In this document: one piece after another, positions 17,784-27,539 of the stretch
How the letters are laid out: each line of letters starts with the position of its first letter
How positions within the stretch are numbered: position 1 is the stretch's first letter
Virus record (IMG/VR): IMGVR_UViG_3300042400_000593
Reading direction: 5' to 3' (one strand)
Origin: a virus
Taxonomy: Duplodnaviria > Heunggongvirae > Uroviricota > Caudoviricetes
Length of the DNA: 64,000 bases
The notes under the pieces: model-generated
Told to the model about the DNA's origin: nothing
What the model saw: the letters and a program-made list of their open reading frames with translations, nothing else
Databases searched by the model: none
Made by a program: the position numbers and the translations under genes

Positions 17784-18619
17784 TCGTAATCCTCTGATCT
17801 TCGCATTGCTACCTCATATTCTTCTGAACCTGTTCTAGTATACGACGGATTCATTCCATTCATTTCTAAAATATCGTCTCTAATATTCTGATTGCGCTTC
17901 TCTATATTTATAACTCTTACGAACGAATTGGTAACTGCAGCAGTAAAGTATGCAAATGGATTATCTGATTTAGATTCGTCAAATTGTAATCCAATTTGTG
18001 TTAGTTGTAATATTGCCTGTCCACGCATTTCATCGTTGTAGGTATAACCTCTAACATTACCTCTAGTAGCATAACGTTCACAAAGTTTAATCATCATACG
18101 AGCTAACGTATCAGTAATTTGTCCTGCATTTTTATCAAAATGCCCAGTTTCTAAGTCTCCCCTCCAGTGGCTTTTACCTACACATACAAGTTCGTCATCT
18201 ATAAATTTCCAATGTTGAAACGGCGGAAAATTAACTTTTTCTCTTCTATCTGCTTCTGTTTTTGGATTTTTCTTTCTTACTGAATTAAGAGGAATATGAT
18301 CGTAAGTCATAATTCTAAAAACTACATTTTCTTTTGCAATTTTTTTATAATCAACTTCGCAGTCAGCTTGTTTAATCTTTTCGCCGCTGCTTTTTCGAAT
18401 AGCGTAGTCTAAATCGCCTATTCTTTTTGCTTGATTTCGTTTAGCTTCTGCGATAGTGCGGATGTTTATCTTATCTAAGCTAGGTAAAATTATATCATAT
18501 TGGTGAAAAGATTTATCTGTAAACACACAGTAAGAGCTTTTTGATCTGTGTATTTCTAACAGCATATCCTTGTTGTTTAAGTAATTTACTTTTGGTGTAA
18601 GCATTGTTCGTATCTCCAT
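17780..18619 (-). CDS. gp55: Late-transcription sigma factor (T4 gp55-like)
   Basis: YLNNKDML, GYTYNDEMRGQAI, FDESKSDNPFAYFT...SFVRVINIEKR. Confidence 0.85.
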   Translation of the reverse strand: MEIRTMLTPKVNYLNNKDMLLEIHRSKSSYCVFTDKSFHQYDIILPSLDKINIRTIAEAKRNQAKRIGDLDYAIRKSSGEKIKQADCEVDYKKIAKENVVFRIMTYDHIPLNSVRKKNPKTEADRREKVNFPPFQHWKFIDDELVCVGKSHWRGDLETGHFDKNAGQITDTLARMMIKLCERYATRGNVRGYTYNDEMRGQAILQLTQIGLQFDESKSDNPFAYFTAAVTNSFVRVINIEKRNQNIRDDILEMNGMNPSYTRTGSEEYEVAMRRSEDYE

Positions 18620-18630
18620 GTACTGTATAT

Positions 18631-18659
18631 ATTATAAACTCTATACTTAATAAAGTCAA
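18631..18659 (-). promoter_or_regulatory. Host sigma70-type promoter driving the late sigma gene
   Basis: TTGACT (18659-18654), 17 nt, TATAAT (18636-18631). Confidence 0.8.
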
Positions 18660-18666
18660 ATAAATA
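18659..18666 (+). promoter_or_regulatory. Late-type promoter AATAAATA at the head of the baseplate operon
   Basis: Lies 23 nt upstream of the ATG at 18690. The same motif recurs at 24063, 40314 and 43948. Confidence 0.65.
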
Positions 18667-18689
18667 ATGTTATATAAGAGGATTTATTT

Positions 18690-19625
18690 ATGGCAATGAA
18701 TATGGCAGGCGCAGCTGCTGGCGTAGGAATGGGCGCAACTGCATTAGGCGGTGCATTTAGTTTTTTGAGTGACTCGAGATCAATGACATTGCCTAGAGCA
18801 GGTGAAGTAATCGGCGATACAATGAGTGTTGCACCGTATTTTGATGATTTAAAAATTGATGATTGGAGAGTTCGATTATCGTTACCGTTATGGCCGAGTT
18901 TTAGGTATACAAATGCAGTATTACAACCATTGCTTGATGCTGGAGGAATGATTTTTCCGTACACACCTAGTATTACTATTCATTCAAATGCATCGTACAC
19001 AGCAATGCAACCAGTACATTCAAACTACAAGTTTAATGCATATCAGCATAGTGATCCGGGTACAATTACAATTACCGCACCAATGAATGTTGAAGATCAA
19101 GAACAAGCATTATATTGGATTGCGGCACTGCATTACTTTCGATCAGTAACAAAAATGTTTTCAGGTAATGATCCAAAAGCTGGTAATCCGCCACCGATTG
19201 TAAAATTAAATGCATACGGAAGTTATGTGTTTAACAATGTACCAGTCGCAGTTACATCGTTTCAAACAACATTAGATGCACAATGTGATTATATTCCAGT
19301 TGCTACACACACTAGTATGGTAGGAAAAGTTAATTCGTTAGCAGAAGGTATTGGCGGATTAGCTGGAGCACTAGGTGGAGCATTTGGCATGCAAAAAGCT
19401 ACAAGCAAACTTACAGATATAACAGAAGGAGTTAGTAAAGTAGCAACACTAGCTAATGCTATGGGATTAGGTTTTGATGCTGAAGGAGGTATTGCATATG
19501 TACCAACTAGGAGCCAGTTTACAGTAAATTTAACACCTATGTATAGCAGAACAACTGCCCGTAAGTTTAGTTTAGATAACTTTGTTACCGGATCATATCT
19601 TAACAATAACACAGGATATATTTAA
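18690..19625 (+). CDS. Tail tube initiator / baseplate protein (gp48/gp54-like)
   Basis: MIFPYTPSI, GNPPPIVKLNAYG, FNNVPVAVTSF motifs typical of tube-fold initiators; first gene of the baseplate operon. Confidence 0.6.
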   Translation: MAMNMAGAAAGVGMGATALGGAFSFLSDSRSMTLPRAGEVIGDTMSVAPYFDDLKIDDWRVRLSLPLWPSFRYTNAVLQPLLDAGGMIFPYTPSITIHSNASYTAMQPVHSNYKFNAYQHSDPGTITITAPMNVEDQEQALYWIAALHYFRSVTKMFSGNDPKAGNPPPIVKLNAYGSYVFNNVPVAVTSFQTTLDAQCDYIPVATHTSMVGKVNSLAEGIGGLAGALGGAFGMQKATSKLTDITEGVSKVATLANAMGLGFDAEGGIAYVPTRSQFTVNLTPMYSRTTARKFSLDNFVTGSYLNNNTGYI

Positions 19626-19627
19626 AC

Positions 19628-19930
19628 ATGATAGCAAAATACAAAAATACAAGTCCGTGGTATAAAACTTCGGTTACACAGGATTACTTAGATATTTTAA
19701 AAATTCGTCCAGTTGCAGCAGAAGTAGTTGACTTTTTGTATACAATTGAAATACAATACAAGCATCGTCCAGATTTATTAGCATTTGATTTATACGGTGA
19801 TGCAGCATTATGGTGGGTGTTTACACAGCGTAATCTTGATGTAATTCAAGATCCAATTTTTGATTTTGTGCCAGGAACACAAATATATATTCCGCAAATG
19901 AGTAAATTAAAAGTATCATTAGGGATATAA
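19628..19930 (+). CDS. gp53: Baseplate wedge protein, LysM-like (gp53-like)
   Basis: YKHRPDLLAFDLYGDAALWWVF...DPIFDFVPGTQIYIP. Confidence 0.85.
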   Translation: MIAKYKNTSPWYKTSVTQDYLDILKIRPVAAEVVDFLYTIEIQYKHRPDLLAFDLYGDAALWWVFTQRNLDVIQDPIFDFVPGTQIYIPQMSKLKVSLGI

Positions 19931-19933
19931 ATT

Positions 19934-22234
19934 ATGACAGATTCAGCAACAACATTGTTTAATAGTGCAACGTCGTCAGATGTAGTAACTAGCATTTCGG
20001 CCTTTGCAAAAAGCATTACAACCAAATATCAAAAAATTGGTGATATTCCGCTACCGATACCAAATGTGTTACATGATTATGCATCTTACAATTATATTAT
20101 AGGATTTGCAGTAATAACAAATGATGATTTAGCAAATCCAGATTCAACATATATGTCGAACAAGTCAGTATTAAAAGATAAAAAAACAGGTGATTCAAAA
20201 ACATCAGACTTGCGATATATATTTAAAGCTGGTAATGCAGATCCTGATAATAGAATTTTAACAGCATATGGAAAGTTTGATTTCTTTATAGATGACTTGA
20301 ATATTGAAAGTGTTATCGGTCTTGAAAGAAGTAACAATACAAATACAACTAATATAACATTTAGTGTAACTGAGCCGTATAGCATGGGGTTGTTTTCAAT
20401 AGCATGCCAACAAGCTGCATGGGATGCTGGACATAAAAATTGGAGAGAAGCACCGTTTTTAATAACTATCGAGTTTCGTGGCAACGATGAAATGGGTGTA
20501 ATGTCGCAAATACCTACAACACAACGACATATTCTTGTTAAGTTTCAAGAGATGAGTATGACAGTTAATCATACTGGTTCTGTTTATCAGTGTAGTGTAT
20601 TTGCATGGAATAACTCGGCGTTAACTGCAAAAAATGCAACGTTAAAGAATGATATGTCGGTTAAAGGGTCGTCGGTACAAGAAGTATTGCAAACTGGTGA
20701 AAACAGTCTTCAAGCTGTATGGAATAGACGATTACAACAACTTAAAGAAGATAAAGTTCTTGAAGTACCAGATGAAATAATAATTTTATTTCCTGATGCA
20801 GTATACAGTGAAAACGATGAAGATAATAAAGGCAATACTGAAGAAGTATCGAGTGCAACTACTGGTTCAGCAGCTCCTCAGGATGCAATTTATAAAAAAT
20901 TAGGTGTAATGAAAGATGAAAAAAATAATAATCAAGTACAAGATCCTAAAAATTGTAATATAATCGGGCAAGCATTAATTGGAGTAGGGCAGGATAAGAA
21001 AGCAGACGCGCCTTTTGGTAAAGATCAAGAAGTGTACAACGAGCAAGCAAAAGTAAATGTGCGTCAGAATAATACACCTACAACAACTGAAACTGATTTT
21101 AGGTTTAGACAAGATATGTCAATACCAAATGTTATTAATCAAGTAATTTTGCAAAGTAATTTCCCACAAGAAGCGTTAGATCCAAACGCGTTATCACCAG
21201 AAGGATATGTAAAATGGTGGAGGATTGATACACAAGTTTATAATGTGTCAACTGATGCAAATTATAAATCAACTGGTACACAACCTAAAATTTTAGTGTA
21301 TAGAGTAATTCCGTATAATGCACATAATAGTTCAGGACCGGGCGCTGCAGGTGCTAAACCACAAGGATATGCCGAATTATACAAAAAAGCTGTGAAAAAA
21401 TATGATTATATCTATACTGGTAAAAATGTTGATGTATTAAATTTTGAAATTAAAATTGAAAATAGTTTTGCAGTGTCCATGGCAGCAGATGCAGGCGCAA
21501 GATCTCAAGATGTTGTAACAGCCGAAAAGCAAGGTTCGGCTCCTGTTGAAACTAACGTAATTAATCTACAAGGTGAAGAACCTGAAGAAAATACAACTCA
21601 TAATTCAGTATCGTATAATAACACAAAATCAAAAACTGATAAGTTAGGCGGTAGTGGAGTTGACACTAACATAACCCGAGCAGCTAGATTATTTCACGAT
21701 TCAATAACTGAAGGTCAAGATATGATAATGTTGGATTTAAAAATCGTAGGAGATCCGTTTTTTATTGCACAAAGTGGAATAGGAAATTATACATCAAAAC
21801 CAACAGAGCATTCGAATCTAAATTTAGACGGAACTGTTAATTGGCAAAATGGTGAAGTGCATATTATTGTTAATTTTAGAACTCCAATTGAAATTAATCA
21901 GTATACTGGTTTGTATCAATTTCAAGGAGAAACCCAACCACATGCAAAGGAAACTACTCCAGTTATGCAATATAGCGGATTATATAGAATAAATCGAGTC
22001 ACTAGTACATTTAAGAGTGGACAATTTGAACAACGATTACTTGGACAACGTTTAAGACTGCAAGAGAAAGAAAAAGAATCACAATCGTCATTTGGCACTG
22101 GTAATTTAACAGCTTCGGCTGAGAACATAATGAAAAAAATAAGCAATTTACCTGGTGACCTTGTAGATACGGTGAGTGATGTTGCAAGTTCGATAGGCAA
22201 GAATATTGTTACATTTATCACACCTGGAGATTAA
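19934..22234 (+). CDS. Baseplate hub protein (gp27/gpD-like)
   Basis: Position between the gp53-like and spike genes; LDLKIVGDPFFI and YSGLYRINRVTSTFKSGQFEQRL motifs. Confidence 0.6.
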   Translation: MTDSATTLFNSATSSDVVTSISAFAKSITTKYQKIGDIPLPIPNVLHDYASYNYIIGFAVITNDDLANPDSTYMSNKSVLKDKKTGDSKTSDLRYIFKAGNADPDNRILTAYGKFDFFIDDLNIESVIGLERSNNTNTTNITFSVTEPYSMGLFSIACQQAAWDAGHKNWREAPFLITIEFRGNDEMGVMSQIPTTQRHILVKFQEMSMTVNHTGSVYQCSVFAWNNSALTAKNATLKNDMSVKGSSVQEVLQTGENSLQAVWNRRLQQLKEDKVLEVPDEIIILFPDAVYSENDEDNKGNTEEVSSATTGSAAPQDAIYKKLGVMKDEKNNNQVQDPKNCNIIGQALIGVGQDKKADAPFGKDQEVYNEQAKVNVRQNNTPTTTETDFRFRQDMSIPNVINQVILQSNFPQEALDPNALSPEGYVKWWRIDTQVYNVSTDANYKSTGTQPKILVYRVIPYNAHNSSGPGAAGAKPQGYAELYKKAVKKYDYIYTGKNVDVLNFEIKIENSFAVSMAADAGARSQDVVTAEKQGSAPVETNVINLQGEEPEENTTHNSVSYNNTKSKTDKLGGSGVDTNITRAARLFHDSITEGQDMIMLDLKIVGDPFFIAQSGIGNYTSKPTEHSNLNLDGTVNWQNGEVHIIVNFRTPIEINQYTGLYQFQGETQPHAKETTPVMQYSGLYRINRVTSTFKSGQFEQRLLGQRLRLQEKEKESQSSFGTGNLTASAENIMKKISNLPGDLVDTVSDVASSIGKNIVTFITPGD

Positions 22235-22237
22235 TAT

Positions 22238-23599
22238 ATGAGTGAAACAACAGATACAATACCAGCATCGTACGGCGAATCAAAACCAGGTCCATTTTTA
22301 GCTAAAGTAATTAGCCATTTAGATTCGTCTTATATGGGCGGCTTAGAAGTTGAAATATTAAGAAGTGTAGGTAATGATGGGTCGTCAGGGCAAACACATC
22401 AAGTAAAATATATGAGTCCATTTTACGGAGTTACTAGTGCCGATTTTACAACTGGTAAAGAAAATGATTTTCAAAATACACAAAAGAGTTACGGCATGTG
22501 GATGGTTCCGCCCGATCCAGGAACAACTGTAATCGTTGTTTTTATTGACGGAGATCCAAAACGAGGATATTGGATCGGCTGTGTACAAGATGAAAGTATG
22601 AATTTTATGGTTCCTGGATTAGCAGCTACTGCAAATATAGTAGATCCATCAGGTGATAGATTGCCGGTAGCTGAATTTAATAGAACTTTGAATAAAAACA
22701 ATACGTTACCTGATCCTACTAAAGTTCCAAAACCAGTACATCCGTTTGCAGCAGTGTTGCAAAAAAGTGGGTTAGATAAGGATGATATTCGTGGTATAAC
22801 AACAAGCAGCGCACGCCGTGAAACTCCTAGCTCAGTATTTGGAATTTCCACACCTGGACCGTTAGATAAAAGTGATGGTGCAAAACAAGGAACGATTGGT
22901 AAAAAAGATCACCCTATTAAAAATGCGTATGTAAGTCGACTAGGCGGATCGACGTTTGTAATGGACGACGGTGACGATAAGTTTGTTAGATCAAAACCTG
23001 CATCAGCTGCTGGTCCGGAGTATATTGCAGTTGAGCAAGGAAAAGAGCCAGGCGATTCTGGCCATTCTATTCCACATAATGAATTAGTTCGTATTAGAAC
23101 TAGAACCGGGCATCAGATTTTATTACATAATAGTGAAGATTTAATTTATATCTCGCATGGTAGCGGAAATTCATGGATTGAGATGACTGCTAATGGTAAA
23201 ATTGACGTGTATGCAAAAGACAGCATTAGTTTTCATACCGAAAAAGATTTTAACTTTACTGCAAACCGTGATATAAATTTTACCGCATCACGTAATATTA
23301 ATACAAGTGCAGGCGGTTATATAAGAGAAACATCGGGTGGTGCAAATGAAACTAGTGCAGGCGGAAACATAGTTGAATCTGCAGCTCAAATTCAAATGAA
23401 TGGTCCGGCAGCACAAGCAGCACTTAAAGCAAATCGGATACCGCAACGTGAACCATGGTTAGGCCACGAGAATTTAGACCCAACTGTCGAAACAGACGCA
23501 ACTAAAGAACCAAAAGAACCTGCCGGAGCTCCGGCGTATACGCTCCCTAATGACACGTTTGAAAAACTTAAAGGACCTGAAGACGAGCAACAAGGATAA
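22238..23599 (+). CDS. Baseplate central spike (gp5/VgrG-like OB fold plus beta-helix), no lysozyme domain seen
   Basis: YGMWMVPPDPGTTVIVVF...GYWIGC, RIRTRTGHQILLHNSE, short beta-helix repeats. Confidence 0.8.
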   Translation: MSETTDTIPASYGESKPGPFLAKVISHLDSSYMGGLEVEILRSVGNDGSSGQTHQVKYMSPFYGVTSADFTTGKENDFQNTQKSYGMWMVPPDPGTTVIVVFIDGDPKRGYWIGCVQDESMNFMVPGLAATANIVDPSGDRLPVAEFNRTLNKNNTLPDPTKVPKPVHPFAAVLQKSGLDKDDIRGITTSSARRETPSSVFGISTPGPLDKSDGAKQGTIGKKDHPIKNAYVSRLGGSTFVMDDGDDKFVRSKPASAAGPEYIAVEQGKEPGDSGHSIPHNELVRIRTRTGHQILLHNSEDLIYISHGSGNSWIEMTANGKIDVYAKDSISFHTEKDFNFTANRDINFTASRNINTSAGGYIRETSGGANETSAGGNIVESAAQIQMNGPAAQAALKANRIPQREPWLGHENLDPTVETDATKEPKEPAGAPAYTLPNDTFEKLKGPEDEQQG

Positions 23600-23604
23600 T
23601 AAAA

Positions 23605-24042
23605 ATGAGTCAACAATACGACAGAATACAACTACCTGCAATTACAAAAAAAACAGAAGTAATTGCACCAAAAACATATAAAGGATTTTCAACTTTAAAT
23701 AGTAAAGCAGAGCATTATAGTTTATATGATTTTGAGTTAATCAAACAAGATATTATAAATCATTTTCACATTAGACAAGGAGAACGTCTAATGCAACCAA
23801 CATTTGGCACAATTATATGGGATATCTTGTTTGAACCGATTACAGAGCAGGTAAAATCTATAATTTTAGAAGATGTATCTAGAATTATTAATTATGATCC
23901 AAGAGTTAAGATAACTGATACGAATATTTCGGTATATGAATCCGGTATACAGATTTTGTTTTCATTAACGTATACCGCATACAATATCACTGAGAGAATA
24001 ACGTTACGATTTGACGAAGCAAACGGTTTAACTACAAGATAA
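23605..24042 (+). CDS. gp25: Baseplate wedge subunit (gp25-like)
   Basis: LIKQDIINHFHIRQGERLMQPTFGT...INYDPRV. Confidence 0.9.
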   Translation: MSQQYDRIQLPAITKKTEVIAPKTYKGFSTLNSKAEHYSLYDFELIKQDIINHFHIRQGERLMQPTFGTIIWDILFEPITEQVKSIILEDVSRIINYDPRVKITDTNISVYESGIQILFSLTYTAYNITERITLRFDEANGLTTR

Positions 24043-24089
24043 ACTGCATGGTTAATATAAACAATAAATATCATTATTAGGACAACATC

Positions 24090-27000
24090 ATGAGTGCAAC
24101 CGACAGACAAAATAGATTATTAGTAGCTGAAGATTGGAAAAAAGTATACCAATCTTTTAAAAATGCAGATTTTCAAAGTTATGATTTTGAAAATTTAAGA
24201 CGTACAATGGTCGATTATATTCGCCAAAATTATCCAGAAGATTTTAATGATTATATTGAAAGTTCCGAATACCTAGCATTGCTTGATGTTATTGCATTTT
24301 TAGGACAAAGTGTAGCATTTCGAGTAGATTTAAATGCTCGTGAGAATTTTTTAGAATTAGCAGAGCGTCGTGATAGTGTATTGCGATTAGCAAGATTAAT
24401 TAGCTATAATGCAAAAAGACATATACCTGCATATGGATTGTTAAAATTTACTTCAGTACAAACATCTCAAAATATCTTAGATAGCAACGGTCGTAATTTA
24501 TCTGGACAATCGGTTGTTTGGAATGATTCATCAAATGCTAACTGGTACGATCAGTTTATTAAAATAATAAATGCAGTAATGGATCCTACTCAACAGTTTG
24601 GAAACCCATCTGATAAGGATACAATTTACGGAATCCCAACTGAAAAATATACATTAAACACGACAACATCCGGAGTACCGTTGTATTCTTTTACTAAAAC
24701 TGTAGCAGGTCGTGTAATGAATTTTGAAGTTACAAGTTCGACATTTACAGGACAGAATTACGTATACGAAGAAGCTCCAAAAGTAGGTAGAAAACTATCG
24801 TGTATTTTTAGAAATGACGGACAAGGATATGGAAGTGCAGGAACCGGATTCTTTTTAAATTTTACACAAGGAACATTAGCATCGTCTGAGTTTACAGTTA
24901 CACAACCACGTAGTAATGAAATTGTTGATGTTGGTACAACTGGGATTAATAATACCGATGTATGGATGTATCGATTAGATAAAACCGGTGCCGAGTTAGA
25001 TGAAAATTTATGGACTAAAGTTTCAAATTTTGAAGGTAACAATATTATCTATAATAGTGTTAATAAGAGTATTAGAAATATTTATAGTGTAACAACCCGA
25101 GCAAGCGATGCGATTAGTTTAAATTTTAGTGATGGAACTTTTGGAAATAAACCGTTAGGTACATTTAAAGTTTATTATAGAACTAGCAATGGTATTTCGT
25201 ATTCAATTAATCCGCGTGACATTAAAAATGTGTCAATATCTATCCCATATACTTCTAATTTAGGAAAGAAGGAAACATTAACACTGTCTTTATCATTAGC
25301 AACTGCAGTAACTTCTGCGGAAGAGGCAGAAACTAATGCACATATTAAAGCAAATGCACCGTCTACATTTTATACACAAAATAGAATGATAACCGGAGAA
25401 GATTACAATATTGCGCCATTAAGTGTAAGTCAGCAAGTTTTAAAAGTAAAAGCTGTTAATCGATCATCGAGTGGTATTAGTAGATATTTTGATTTAGTAG
25501 ATCCAACTGGGAAATATAGTTCTACAAATTTATTTGCCGACGATGGTGTAATATATACAGAAGATTATCAAATTACTGATTCGTTTTCATATTATAGTAA
25601 AACAGATATTGAAGGGGTTATCTATAATATAGTAAATTCTCTTCTTAAAAAATCAGAGTTACGTAATTTTTATTATTCTCATTATCTTTCAGAATTCCCT
25701 CCGTTAGGATCAACGTTTTATTGGGAAGCTAATGTAACAACATTAGGATGTGTTAAACGAACTGGAATCGGGTCAATTGCACAAGTTGGGCCAACACAAT
25801 CGATCCCTGATGACTTGAGATACATTAGAACAGGTGCATTAGTTAAATTTATAAGTCCTGTAGGAAAGTATTTTAATACATTCTTAGATAATGCATTAAC
25901 AGACATACCCGAAAATACAAATATGTCTGATATTCCTGGTGCAGTTGATTACCTTTGGGCCGCAGTTGTAAGTGTAGACACTGCAATTGCAGGACAGTCA
26001 TTAACTGGTATAACGTTAAACGTGAAGATACCATCTAATGCTTATGTTTATCAAATTATTCCTCAATTTAGAGCTGCATTAGAAACAAGTGTAATTTTAA
26101 CAATGATAGATTTAATATTTGAAAATAAAGCTTTTGGTTTAAGTTACGATGCATTAACACAAAGTTGGAAAATTATTTACGAATCTAACATAAATTATCT
26201 ATCATCGTTTTCGTTAGGAAATCAAAGAGACGTAACAGCAACCCAACAAGATGCAAGTTGGATGTTACTATTTACAACTAACAATGAAAAGTATATTTTA
26301 ACAAGTCGAGAAACTAGATACATTTTTGAAAGTGATAAACAACTAAGATTTTTTTATGATAAAAATGATGTTATTTCAAAAACTATATCAAGTTCTGTAG
26401 TTCGAGATAAGATTAATGTATTAGGGATTAATCGGCATCCGTCTAGTACAAAACCATTTACTACTGATTTTATGTGGGACATTGTGTCTGAATATATAGG
26501 GTTAGACGGGTACGTAGATAATAAAAAAATTGTTATTTCGTTTGCTGATATCGACGATAACGGTGTAGTTGACAATCCGGAAATGTTTAATGTAATTGTT
26601 GAACCGTTAAATTTAAACATTTTACCAAATAAGAAATATGTTATTCAAGAAAGATATTCGATATCAGTAGGTCAAGATGATTATCGATACTATGATAATT
26701 TTACAAATGATACTGTTAAAATTTTAAATTTAGAAACAGAAGTAGTTGATTATCCTAATTATCAATATTATTATTTTATTGATACCGGAGTAGTAAAGAA
26801 AAGAACTACTAATTCTCTTATGCTGTCAACGGACTATAAAGTATATGCCGGTAGAGACAAATTAAAGTTTCAATATATACATAATGCTAATTATGATTCT
26901 AGAATAGATCCAGGTGCTAGCAATATAATCGATGTGTATATTTTAACTAAATCATATGATACGTTATTTAGAAGATGGATTAACGGTTCGATTTCGTATA

Positions 27001-27539
27001 AACCATTACCACCGGGATCAGACGAGTTGTATAATGTTGTAGCACCGTCTTTAAATTTAATTAAATCAATTTCAGATGAGATAGTATACCATCCGGTGGT
27101 TTATAAAGTATTGTTTGGTGCTGACGCAGATCCGGAATTGCAAGCAACTTTTAAAATTACAAAAACACCTGGTCGGGTAATATCTGATAATGATGTTAAA
27201 TCTCAAGTAATTGTTTCTATTAATGATTTCTTTTCGTTAGATAATTGGGACTTTGGCGACACGTTTTTCTTTACAGAGTTAGCAACATACGTTATGAATT
27301 CTGTATCGCCAAATATATCTAATTTTGTAATTGTGCCAAAACACTCTAATATTAATTTTGGCGGATTATACGAAATTAAATCAGACAACAACGAAATTTT
27401 AATTAACGGCGCATCAGTATCTGATATTGAAATTATTTCAGGAATTACAGCAACTAACATTAAATCGTCAAACGTAACAATTGACAATAACACAATAAAT
27501 CGACAATTTATAACTAGCTCAATATATGGGAGTAACTAA
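24090..27539 (+). CDS. gp6: Baseplate wedge subunit (gp6-like)
   Basis: DFQSYDFENLR, LLDVIAF, ENFLELAERRDSVLRLARLISY, QNRMITGEDY. Confidence 0.9.
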   Translation: MSATDRQNRLLVAEDWKKVYQSFKNADFQSYDFENLRRTMVDYIRQNYPEDFNDYIESSEYLALLDVIAFLGQSVAFRVDLNARENFLELAERRDSVLRLARLISYNAKRHIPAYGLLKFTSVQTSQNILDSNGRNLSGQSVVWNDSSNANWYDQFIKIINAVMDPTQQFGNPSDKDTIYGIPTEKYTLNTTTSGVPLYSFTKTVAGRVMNFEVTSSTFTGQNYVYEEAPKVGRKLSCIFRNDGQGYGSAGTGFFLNFTQGTLASSEFTVTQPRSNEIVDVGTTGINNTDVWMYRLDKTGAELDENLWTKVSNFEGNNIIYNSVNKSIRNIYSVTTRASDAISLNFSDGTFGNKPLGTFKVYYRTSNGISYSINPRDIKNVSISIPYTSNLGKKETLTLSLSLATAVTSAEEAETNAHIKANAPSTFYTQNRMITGEDYNIAPLSVSQQVLKVKAVNRSSSGISRYFDLVDPTGKYSSTNLFADDGVIYTEDYQITDSFSYYSKTDIEGVIYNIVNSLLKKSELRNFYYSHYLSEFPPLGSTFYWEANVTTLGCVKRTGIGSIAQVGPTQSIPDDLRYIRTGALVKFISPVGKYFNTFLDNALTDIPENTNMSDIPGAVDYLWAAVVSVDTAIAGQSLTGITLNVKIPSNAYVYQIIPQFRAALETSVILTMIDLIFENKAFGLSYDALTQSWKIIYESNINYLSSFSLGNQRDVTATQQDASWMLLFTTNNEKYILTSRETRYIFESDKQLRFFYDKNDVISKTISSSVVRDKINVLGINRHPSSTKPFTTDFMWDIVSEYIGLDGYVDNKKIVISFADIDDNGVVDNPEMFNVIVEPLNLNILPNKKYVIQERYSISVGQDDYRYYDNFTNDTVKILNLETEVVDYPNYQYYYFIDTGVVKKRTTNSLMLSTDYKVYAGRDKLKFQYIHNANYDSRIDPGASNIIDVYILTKSYDTLFRRWINGSISYKPLPPGSDELYNVVAPSLNLIKSISDEIVYHPVVYKVLFGADADPELQATFKITKTPGRVISDNDVKSQVIVSINDFFSLDNWDFGDTFFFTELATYVMNSVSPNISNFVIVPKHSNINFGGLYEIKSDNNEILINGASVSDIEIISGITATNIKSSNVTIDNNTINRQFITSSIYGSN

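Noticed and set aside
22238-23599. Lysozyme domain expected in a T4 gp5-like spike
   Set aside because: No T4 lysozyme E-x8-D-x5-T motif was seen; the protein is annotated as spike only.
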